This document shows positions 51,001 through 57,896 of a DNA stretch of 64,000 bases, one piece after another. The stretch lies in the IMG/VR virus record IMGVR_UViG_3300006916_000044, positions 1 through 64,000 of that record, one strand, 5' to 3'. Every line of letters begins with the position of its first letter. Within the stretch, counting starts at the first letter, position 1. The notes below the pieces were generated by a model. The model did no database searches. It was not told the DNA's origin and saw only the letters and a program-made list of their open reading frames with translations. A program made the translations under genes and the position numbers. This stretch comes from a virus.

Positions 51001-53599
51001 TTTTGCTTTTAAAAGAGCAGAAAACAGAGGAGATGACGGTTACTCAGATGGAGATAATTTTAAATATACTGATGAGTTTAAAAGAGCTAGAAGCAGATTT
51101 GAAATATTTGTAATAAATGCAAATGGTGGTGGTTTTTGGACTAAAAAATCTACTGTAAGTAATAAAGCATATTTAAGATATTTAGCTAAGTATTACAATA
51201 CGTTTGGAGAAGAAGCTAAAATAGCAAAACCAATAACAGATATAAACGGAAACTTTACTGGTCAAGTTTATTATGTAAAAAATGCATCTTATGTTAAACC
51301 AGAATACAAAGAAATAAATTATAGTAATCCTAACTGGGTTAATGATAAATGGTCAAAGTTACAAAATCCTACTACTGAATTAGAAAAGGCACAGAGTGAA
51401 TACTATAACATGTACATTGATGTTTTTGAAAATGAGTTAGTAAACTTACTACCAGAAAATATTAGTATGGTTGGTAAACTACCAACTATAGAAGGTAGAC
51501 CAACTAGCAAACTTAAAGATAAACCAGATTCAGTAGGTTCTATATTTTCTAAAATGTCTACAAAGGTTAGAAATTATTTTTCTCCTAGTACTGTAATTAA
51601 AAGAGCTGTTAGAGATGAGCATGGTAATATTATAACAGATTCATTACCATTATACTATGTTGGCAGTGTTGTTCAAGAAAAAGATATTCAAGAAGCATAT
51701 AACGCCTTAGATCAAATAACAATTTTATATAATAAAGCTACAACAGCTAAAGAAAAAGATAAGTATAGAAAACAACTTTCTGCTCAAAGAGGAAAAATAA
51801 AATCTCTTGAGTCAAAACCAACAGCAAGAACTTTAAATTTAGATTTGACTGAATCTTTAATTAAATTTTCAGCAATGGCTGAGAATTATGAAGTAATGAG
51901 TCAATCAGAAGATACTTTTCATGCTATGATTAAAGTTATTGAAAATAGACAGTATACTAATTCAAAAGGTGATGTTATTATTCAAGATGAAGAAGGTAAA
52001 GAGGTTGGAAAAAAAGGAAAAGTTAAAGGTAACTTAGAAGCTAACATGACTAAGCGTGCTAAGAAGTGGATGAAGATGGTTTATTATGATAATGATAATG
52101 ACACAAAAACATTTTTTGATAAAGTATCTAAAGGTTTAATATCTGCAACATCTCTTGCATATGTAGGATTTAACATTTTTGGTAACCTAAACAACTATGT
52201 TTTTGGTAGAGTATCAAATGCAATTGAAACAGCTGGTGGTAGATTTTTCTCAACAAAAGCTATGATGAAAACTACAGCTAGATTTCAACGTGCTATGTTT
52301 GATAATCTTGCTGGAGCAACAAAAGCTGCTACACAAAAATATAGACGATATGAAGATGACCAACAAAAAGGTAAGTGGAATGCAACTGTAATGTATTTTA
52401 GAATGCTAGACAGTAAACAAGACATGCGTGAAAGTCAATATAAAAGTGAAAACACAAGTGTTAGATCAGCTGCTAAAGATATGTTTACTGAAGGAGGATC
52501 AGATAATGTAATTAGATTTGCAAGATCAGCTTGGGATAAATTTCATGAATTTGGTTATATCATACAGGATGCGGGTGAATATAATGTACAAACTAAAATA
52601 GGTAATGCAATTCTTGAGTCTACTACTATGAAGAATAGTAAGACAGGAGAAACAATGTCATTGTGGGATGCTTTAAGCTGGGATAACAAAGCTTTAACTA
52701 TGAAGGTTAAAGAAGGTTTTGATAAGGTTATATTTTATAATCAAACTAAAGAAAGAAATTGGGATGATAATGCCCGTTATGATTTAAGAAACTACATAAG
52801 AGAGGTAAATAAACAAGTACATGGTAACTATGCCTATGAAGATAGAATGGTAATGCAGTCTACAGCGGTAGGGCAGCTAGCAGCACAGTTCCATAAATGG
52901 GTTGCTCCTGCAATTAAAGCTAGATTTAGACCAGAATACTTTGATGAAAATCTAGGATGGATGGAAGGAAGGTATTTAACTTTTTGGAATTTCTTAGGGT
53001 ATGCGTATAAAAATCTTGGAGACATAGGTAAGATAGCTAATAACTACAAAGAGTTTAATGGTGAGAAAGGCCAAATGAAACTACAGAATGTTTATAGAAC
53101 AATGGGTGAGATTGGTATTATTATGACAACTGTATTGCTTAAGATGTTATTGTCAGAGATGTTGGGAGATGATGATGATGAAGAAAGAGGTGGTAGTACA
53201 AGACGGAATGTTGATGATAGTGATTCAGTTTTAAGAAAAAGGTTGCGTAATGTATTTTTATATCAGTTAGATAGAACACATAAAGATTTAGTAACTTTTA
53301 TGCCTATACCTGGAACAGGTGGTCTAACTCAATTATACCAACTGTTTAAGTCTCCAATAGCTTCTACAAGAACTTTAGGAGAACTTGGAGAAGCATTAGA
53401 GTATACAGTAGGTACTAGTTTAGCATATGTCTTTATGGATGATGAAAGTTTTATGGAGTCTAAATGGGTATATCAAAGACCTAAAGCTAGAAAAGGTGTG
53501 TTAAAACTTGGTAAACAATGGGGTGATGCTCTACCTATTCTATATACAATTAATAGATGGAAGTCTTATGATAATGTAACTGACTTCTTTATCAAGTAA
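48059..53599 (+). CDS. Large cargo protein with degenerate zincin-like and PD-(D/E)xK-like domains
   Basis: 1846 aa. IEEMLHP; RIDLLRVDPFGNMQIINFAN; C-terminal VHGNY..QFHKW..EGRY region as in crAss-like large ejection proteins. Confidence 0.6.
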   Translation: MATCYNKNTTEYKALLGEYVSSYTVDSIISDYQKIEKTDAIPSVIDAKNMIKAQALLTKAKAKNEGKVLLRNLQSKGFIKKIGNDYFIIETNKSLVRDTHKRIRDYLTFNGFKQNSIIFKGTKKAHMFRAVVNDTVFNGNTYISKDSAKSLPVLEHLTKMFPQVKYTVLEASQAKTIYDAIPYYRKRNVPWNKVNSFFYNGTAVLIKGRVTNATAIEEMLHPFVDALYLDNRALFDNLLVEGLELDSELAEEIAGVYDPALGFQSKDTALEFVTQLLSKHFNKESGKPKIGFLRAVREFLNWFADVVKSLYSALTGKKLTVKDLNSNMTLTDVVKMLNTESLSFELNPTALEELRYSLAPEQKTILDTIKNQAATTVQTQIVDQLFHQAYSSKTEIDQLATSRVKKEDGQFINVDTAEVLPNIENSILGVENHPLESLIFDESTTAIFNGLSIGAPFDSEKIDSQFEEVYKMMLARMEGMRDDRSVFLPNVIVSDPATGLTQRIDLLRVDPFGNMQIINFANTGSISKNEYNTTNFDLGANSILVKKNIQTTVTAKMFTGLQMALTKRILENLGFMVDEGTMTINLDRTKDGFLDGTILHAASENQYIVDQIIPLDIAEENKMVVDQIMDQMRNPEAVEDWDSDEYAEDVLDFASEENRPLYDSLFKALKNYREGLITKEQAIKNARSVISMDKGRAAILRSISMSRSMIENSFLNPETIDKVYIDLVRESIDQIDEFLDYVADPDNFSKPDYIKKVLAWQKFVESYRGLTNITVSDGLTKNQLIYINKLKDKLNQIVGIVSPDGTTVQRGSIDLAIENYVRQLVIDQSSRDFTPAELDELLTTARDIGYVEYQTGDMATSRDTLLALMDKIFKRDRQRVLDKIQARAPRIKRAAMKLAKLTGSERIDYSFMIEYDEDGVPTGRYVKKTSSAFYAELNRLKQPLINEDGSWKEFIDIDNIEEATQEQINYNRKLMADRDAYFAFKRAENRGDDGYSDGDNFKYTDEFKRARSRFEIFVINANGGGFWTKKSTVSNKAYLRYLAKYYNTFGEEAKIAKPITDINGNFTGQVYYVKNASYVKPEYKEINYSNPNWVNDKWSKLQNPTTELEKAQSEYYNMYIDVFENELVNLLPENISMVGKLPTIEGRPTSKLKDKPDSVGSIFSKMSTKVRNYFSPSTVIKRAVRDEHGNIITDSLPLYYVGSVVQEKDIQEAYNALDQITILYNKATTAKEKDKYRKQLSAQRGKIKSLESKPTARTLNLDLTESLIKFSAMAENYEVMSQSEDTFHAMIKVIENRQYTNSKGDVIIQDEEGKEVGKKGKVKGNLEANMTKRAKKWMKMVYYDNDNDTKTFFDKVSKGLISATSLAYVGFNIFGNLNNYVFGRVSNAIETAGGRFFSTKAMMKTTARFQRAMFDNLAGATKAATQKYRRYEDDQQKGKWNATVMYFRMLDSKQDMRESQYKSENTSVRSAAKDMFTEGGSDNVIRFARSAWDKFHEFGYIIQDAGEYNVQTKIGNAILESTTMKNSKTGETMSLWDALSWDNKALTMKVKEGFDKVIFYNQTKERNWDDNARYDLRNYIREVNKQVHGNYAYEDRMVMQSTAVGQLAAQFHKWVAPAIKARFRPEYFDENLGWMEGRYLTFWNFLGYAYKNLGDIGKIANNYKEFNGEKGQMKLQNVYRTMGEIGIIMTTVLLKMLLSEMLGDDDDEERGGSTRRNVDDSDSVLRKRLRNVFLYQLDRTHKDLVTFMPIPGTGGLTQLYQLFKSPIASTRTLGELGEALEYTVGTSLAYVFMDDESFMESKWVYQRPKARKGVLKLGKQWGDALPILYTINRWKSYDNVTDFFIK

Positions 53600-53725
53600 T
53601 TATTTAGAAGTTTTAAGTATTAGTGCTTTTAGTTTTTCTTTAAGCCATTCATGATCTGGATGCTTAACTGTAGCTAAAAGTTTAAATGATATTTCTTTTG
53701 CTGTTTTATTTATTATTTTTTCCAT
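53600..53725 (-). CDS. Small hypothetical protein (41 aa, MEKIINKTAKEISFKLLATVKHPDHEWLKEKLKALILKTSK)
   Basis: Translated by hand; not in the ORF track. Its start overlaps the thioesterase 3' end and its stop abuts the convergent stop at 53599. Confidence 0.55.
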   Translation of the reverse strand: MEKIINKTAKEISFKLLATVKHPDHEWLKEKLKALILKTSK

Positions 53726-54104
53726 TGTATTTATCTTTTACTTTATGACTAATTGGTATTGGCTCTCCTTGCTCATCTATTCTAACAAATGTCATGTTAG
53801 TTGATAGAACAACAGCTTGTCTACCGTTATATACATTATGTGATCTAGCTTCTAAACCAAGTTTAATACTTGTTTCTCCTACTTTATGTACTTTACCGTA
53901 TATTTTAATAAGCTGACCTTCTTTTGTTGGTCTTTTAAATATACATTTATCTATAGAGACAGTCACCATTCTAGGTGTGTCACAACATTGAGCTGCAAAA
54001 GCAGCAGCGCTTGCATCTAACCAAGCTAATAATTTTCCTCCAAAAAGATTTCCGTGAAATCCTAAATCTGATTTTTTTACTGGATGTGTATTTAATAAAT
54101 CCAT
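53706..54104 (-). CDS. Hotdog-fold acyl-CoA thioesterase (YciA-like)
   Basis: DLGFHGNLFGGKLLAWLD..VTVSID..G.TS..TFVRIDEQGEP signature. Confidence 0.9.
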   Translation of the reverse strand: MDLLNTHPVKKSDLGFHGNLFGGKLLAWLDASAAAFAAQCCDTPRMVTVSIDKCIFKRPTKEGQLIKIYGKVHKVGETSIKLGLEARSHNVYNGRQAVVLSTNMTFVRIDEQGEPIPISHKVKDKYNGKNNK

Positions 54105-54120
54105 TCTTAATGTTTAGTTA

Positions 54121-54190
54121 ACATAAACTGAGGTTACATTACGTATCTTATTTATATGAAACGTATAGATGTAACCCCAGTTGTTTATGT
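54121..54190 (-). repeat. Long imperfect inverted repeat (RNA hairpin) between nrdJ and the thioesterase gene
   Basis: Arms ACATAAA-CTGAGGTTACAT-TACGT and ACGTA-ATGTAACCCCAG-TTTATGT. The central mismatch becomes a G-U pair in the - strand transcript. Confidence 0.75.
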
Positions 54191-54222
54191 ATTGATTATG
54201 ATTATTGTTTTTGCATTAGGTA

Positions 54223-56082
54223 CTATGTGATTTCACATGCGCCACCAGCACAAGCAAGTTCACCTTTTAGATCAGTATTATCATCAAGTTCTACAACTTT
54301 TGTAAGATCAACAGAAGTTACTGAGCTTATTAGCTCATTGTATTCTTTTTCTGTTATATCTTCAAATGGAGCTTGAGTATAAGTACCTCCATCATATGGT
54401 AATACAGATAAACCATTGTAATGGTCTCTGTTTTCCCACATCCATTCACCAGCTTGTTCCCATTCATCTTCTTTAAGAGACACTGTAGCAGAAACATTAT
54501 GAGTATTAGATCCTTTTCTATGACCAGGTTTAACCCATTCTGTAGCTATTTTCTTTATTCTCTCTAGTAGATCAAATGGTGATTCAGTTCTAAGTGTTGA
54601 TCCTTCTGGTGCTTTTTGAGGAATACTAATGATTGCAGTATCATGACCACGGAATACACAGTCTTCAATAAGCTCAGGATGATGTACAGAAAGATATGTG
54701 TATATAGCTTCATTCTTACCAACTCTTATTCTTCTTAAATAGTAATCATTATGCCAAGCATGAATACCAGAAGAAGTTCCAAGAGTTAAAGATGTAGTAC
54801 CCGCAGGTTTTACAGTAGTGCATCTTGCTGAAGAGTTAATACCTAATAGTCTAGCAATAAATTCATTTTCTTTTTTTACTATTTTTGCTGCCTCAGTAAG
54901 ATTTAGAGAAGACACTTTACCACTTGCTATTCCTGTCATAGATACACCAATAAGAGCATCTTTTTCAGTTGTTTCTTTCCATATCTGTCTAAGATAGTGG
55001 AAGTTAGTATAGCTAGCTTGAAGTGTTCCAATAAATGCTGCAGCTTTAACTCTTTCATTTAAATCTTCTTGAGACTCAACGTTTGATACATTTACTTCAC
55101 ATAAATTGCAAAATTGAAAAGGACGTAGTGCTATCTCACAACATGGGTTTGTACCCCAATCTTTATCATTATTAAAGTATATACCAGGTTCACCAGCACC
55201 AGACAATTCAACACGTTTCCATAAATCCATAAAGAAAGATTTAGTAATCTTATGTCTCATTAATACAGCTGAGTTGTTAGCTCTACCACGTTGTGGATTT
55301 AGTTCCCACCATGGTCCAGACTTACAACCAATCATTTGATCATCATCTGCACTAAATAAACTAATAAGAGCAGCACGTCTAATACCACCAGCAAGAACAG
55401 CATCAGCTATATAACAAATCATATCATGTACTTCAAGTGTAGATAGTTTATCACCATCTTCTTTAGCGCTTAGTAAACCTTCTAACTTTAATAAACATTC
55501 TTTAAGTGGTTGAGGACCAGGAGCTTTACCACCAGATGTAACTAGTCTAGCACCTTTAGGTCTAATGTCTGAAAAGTCAAATTCTATTTTAGATGATCTT
55601 GTTCCAAAATAAGATTTAACTAAAACTTTAATAGAATCAGCCCAACCTTCAATAGAGTCACCAATTAAGTATCTTTTTGATCTTTTTTTAAACGGTTTAT
55701 TTATAGAAGGAAGCTTGTCTACATGATGTTTCTGTACTGAATAACCAACGCCTGTACCACCTAAAAGTAAAAACATTGTTTCATTAAAAGCATCTAATGC
55801 ATTAATAGGTAAATAAGCACAGTTATATACACGGTTAGGACTAACCTCAATTGGCTTACCGCCAAATTGCATAGATCTCATAGAAGGTAAAATCTTCTTA
55901 TCATATACAAATTTATATACATCCTCTATTTCACCTTTAAGGCCAGGATATTTTTTTATATGCATGTTTTTGTTACGAGTGACTAGTTCTTCCCAAGTCT
56001 CTCTTCTATTGTGTTCAGGTAAGTATTTTGCATACTTCATATGAACAGTAATTTCACTTAAAATTTTGTTACTTAGATTCAT
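54223..56082 (-). CDS. nrdJ: Class II (adenosylcobalamin-dependent) ribonucleotide reductase
   Basis: VYNCAY, GGIRRAALI, TNPCCEI, VKPAGT and C-terminal CAGGAC. No small-subunit gene adjacent. Confidence 0.9.
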   Translation of the reverse strand: MNLSNKILSEITVHMKYAKYLPEHNRRETWEELVTRNKNMHIKKYPGLKGEIEDVYKFVYDKKILPSMRSMQFGGKPIEVSPNRVYNCAYLPINALDAFNETMFLLLGGTGVGYSVQKHHVDKLPSINKPFKKRSKRYLIGDSIEGWADSIKVLVKSYFGTRSSKIEFDFSDIRPKGARLVTSGGKAPGPQPLKECLLKLEGLLSAKEDGDKLSTLEVHDMICYIADAVLAGGIRRAALISLFSADDDQMIGCKSGPWWELNPQRGRANNSAVLMRHKITKSFFMDLWKRVELSGAGEPGIYFNNDKDWGTNPCCEIALRPFQFCNLCEVNVSNVESQEDLNERVKAAAFIGTLQASYTNFHYLRQIWKETTEKDALIGVSMTGIASGKVSSLNLTEAAKIVKKENEFIARLLGINSSARCTTVKPAGTTSLTLGTSSGIHAWHNDYYLRRIRVGKNEAIYTYLSVHHPELIEDCVFRGHDTAIISIPQKAPEGSTLRTESPFDLLERIKKIATEWVKPGHRKGSNTHNVSATVSLKEDEWEQAGEWMWENRDHYNGLSVLPYDGGTYTQAPFEDITEKEYNELISSVTSVDLTKVVELDDNTDLKGELACAGGACEIT

Positions 56083-56208
56083 TTTTTTTTAATTTTTACT
56101 TACGTTAATATTAGGTGGGATAAATAAGATAAGAAAATACAATTTACTTTCTTAGTTTTTTTATATAAAATTGATGCAATCATGATTTTTTTATTTTGTT
56201 TTTTTTCA

Positions 56209-56224
56209 GTATATTATATATGTA
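56209..56224 (+). promoter_or_regulatory. Conserved intergenic motif copy 4 (GTATATTATATATGTA)
   Basis: Same consensus, in the divergent intergenic region before ATG 56250. Confidence 0.6.
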
Positions 56225-56249
56225 ACTGATAATTTAAGAGTGCAAAAGT

Positions 56250-56558
56250 ATGGATTCTCAACAAGATATAATAGTAATGGGGCTAAGAATTGATAATATG
56301 GAAAAAAAATTAGATGAAATTGATAAAAAATTAGATTCTTTAACTATCAAATTATTAGATCCAGATAATGGTTTTGTTACCAGGGTAAATAAGAATACAT
56401 CCTTTAGAGATAAAATGGGTGAGTTTTTACCGTATTATGAGGATACTATTTCAGAAATGGAATCTTTAAAGAAATGGAAAAACAATGTTACTAAAGCACT
56501 TTGGGTAATTTTTACTGCAGTTATTGGTTGCATAGTTAAACTAATGTTCTTTGCATAA
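56250..56558 (+). CDS. Coiled-coil protein with C-terminal transmembrane helix (holin/XhlA-like architecture)
   Basis: Heptads IDNMEKKLDEIDKKLD; hydrophobic ALWVIFTAVIGCIVKLMFFA end. Confidence 0.55.
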   Translation: MDSQQDIIVMGLRIDNMEKKLDEIDKKLDSLTIKLLDPDNGFVTRVNKNTSFRDKMGEFLPYYEDTISEMESLKKWKNNVTKALWVIFTAVIGCIVKLMFFA

Positions 56559-57130
56559 TGGCACGTTCTAACACAGGAAATAAAGGATTTAATCAACAGT
56601 TAGTTACTGTTACACCAAACACGTGGACAGATTTATTACCACGTGATACTAATGAAAGACGTATAAACCAAAACTTAAGAGGACTTACAATAAACAAATT
56701 AATAATTCAAAATACAGGTACAGATGATATAACTGTATCAGTTAAATTTATATCTAGAGATCCACAAAGCCCGCATGATGAATATGAAGGAGAAGTAATT
56801 TCTGACAAAATTATATCAGGTTCACATAGAAGAGGTAGCAACGGTACTACTACAGCAAATAATTTAATAAATTTTAGTAAGCCTATGGGCCGTGGTGTAG
56901 AAGGTTATGGTTTTGGTGGTCATGATGCAAACACAATTGCTGATTGGAATGGTTTAACATATACAGGAGTATTAGAAATGGATTTTGTAAATTATCAATT
57001 GCAATTTCCAAACATGCAGTCTGTTCAATTTAAAGCTAATGTAGGAAGTGGTTTTATTGCAACTTTAATTATGAATGACAACCAAATAAAAATGAAACAA
57101 ACAGTAGGTGGTAATGGTATAAAAATGTAA
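56558..57130 (+). CDS. Hypothetical beta-rich protein
   Basis: 190-aa ORF, TAATG-coupled to the upstream gene. Confidence 0.5.
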   Translation: MARSNTGNKGFNQQLVTVTPNTWTDLLPRDTNERRINQNLRGLTINKLIIQNTGTDDITVSVKFISRDPQSPHDEYEGEVISDKIISGSHRRGSNGTTTANNLINFSKPMGRGVEGYGFGGHDANTIADWNGLTYTGVLEMDFVNYQLQFPNMQSVQFKANVGSGFIATLIMNDNQIKMKQTVGGNGIKM

Positions 57131-57134
57131 TAAA

Positions 57135-57416
57135 ATGGCAAAAGAATTAAATGAAGATACTAGTTTTAAAATAAGTCTAAAAACATTAGGAGGAATAGCG
57201 GTTTTAATTTTTACTCTTGTTGGTATGTGGTTTACTTTACAAGCTGATATTGCTGAAGCAAAAGAGTTACCAGCTCCACCAGATCCAGAAGTTACACGTA
57301 TGGAATTTGACATGAAAGATCAAATGATACGTAGCACAATTATGACTACACAAGAAGATGTTAAAGAAATAAAAGAGTCTCTTGAAAAAATAGAAGATAA
57401 ATTATATAATAGATAA
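57135..57416 (+). CDS. Single-pass membrane protein with C-terminal coiled coil
   Basis: TM segment LGGIAVLIFTLVGMWFTL, Pro linker, then heptads VKEIKESLEKIEDKL. Confidence 0.7.
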   Translation: MAKELNEDTSFKISLKTLGGIAVLIFTLVGMWFTLQADIAEAKELPAPPDPEVTRMEFDMKDQMIRSTIMTTQEDVKEIKESLEKIEDKLYNR

Positions 57417-57417
57417 A

Positions 57418-57543
57418 ATGAGAAAGAAACCAACAATACAATTTAAAGGTAACAAACGAACCAAAAGACCTGGGGTACACAGCAAAAATGCTAGTAAAGG
57501 TCAAAATGGTTATAAAAACAAATACCGTGGGCAAGGTAGATAA
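57418..57543 (+). CDS. Small basic protein ending YRGQGR (41 aa)
   Basis: Translated by hand: MRKKPTIQFKGNKRTKRPGVHSKNASKGQNGYKNKYRGQGR. ATG follows the previous stop by 1 nt. Absent from the ORF track. Confidence 0.7.
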   Translation: MRKKPTIQFKGNKRTKRPGVHSKNASKGQNGYKNKYRGQGR

Positions 57544-57895
57544 TAATATAAATACTGTATGGAAAATTTTTCTAACATACTTACTGTTGTTATTTTGCTT
57601 GCTTGTCTCATCGGATGCTTATTCTCAGATAACAGTGAAACATTTTAATGCAGGATGGAATAGTGCTAATGATGTAGAATGGTTCTCCAAATTAAAAGAG
57701 TGTGATAAAAGTTCTCTTTTAATAGATAAAGATGACAATCAAAAAAAATATCAAATAGCTGTTGTACCAACTATTATAATATTTAAAGATGATGAAGAGG
57801 TAAAACGTTTTCAAGCAGATCTAAGTTTTAAAATGGTTGCCACTAGAAAAGAAATACAGGATTTTATAGATGAATTAATAATGAGTGATTTTTAA
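57527..57895 (+). CDS. Exported thioredoxin-fold protein lacking CxxC (start uncertain: ATG 57488 or GTG 57527)
   Basis: Signal peptide ..LLVSSDAYS/Q. FNAGWNSAN replaces FxAxWCxxC. cis-Pro motif YQIAVVPTIIIFKDDEEVKRF. Confidence 0.75.
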   Translation: MGKVDNNINTVWKIFLTYLLLLFCLLVSSDAYSQITVKHFNAGWNSANDVEWFSKLKECDKSSLLIDKDDNQKKYQIAVVPTIIIFKDDEEVKRFQADLSFKMVATRKEIQDFIDELIMSDF

Positions 57896-57896
57896 A

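Noticed and set aside
3724-53025. Numerous 60-136 aa antisense or alternate-frame ORFs in the track (e.g. 7476-7886, 39119-39478, 42194-42520)
   Set aside because: They lie within long genes, show shadow-ORF composition and have no recognisable motifs.
32604-56082. Inteins or introns in RNAP or NrdJ
   Set aside because: No intein splice motifs (C/S start with HN end), no LAGLIDADG/HNH signatures and no frame breaks were noticed; NrdJ is of normal length.
56083-56249. Cobalamin riboswitch upstream of nrdJ
   Set aside because: The region is short and very AT-rich, with no B12-box or other conserved elements visible.
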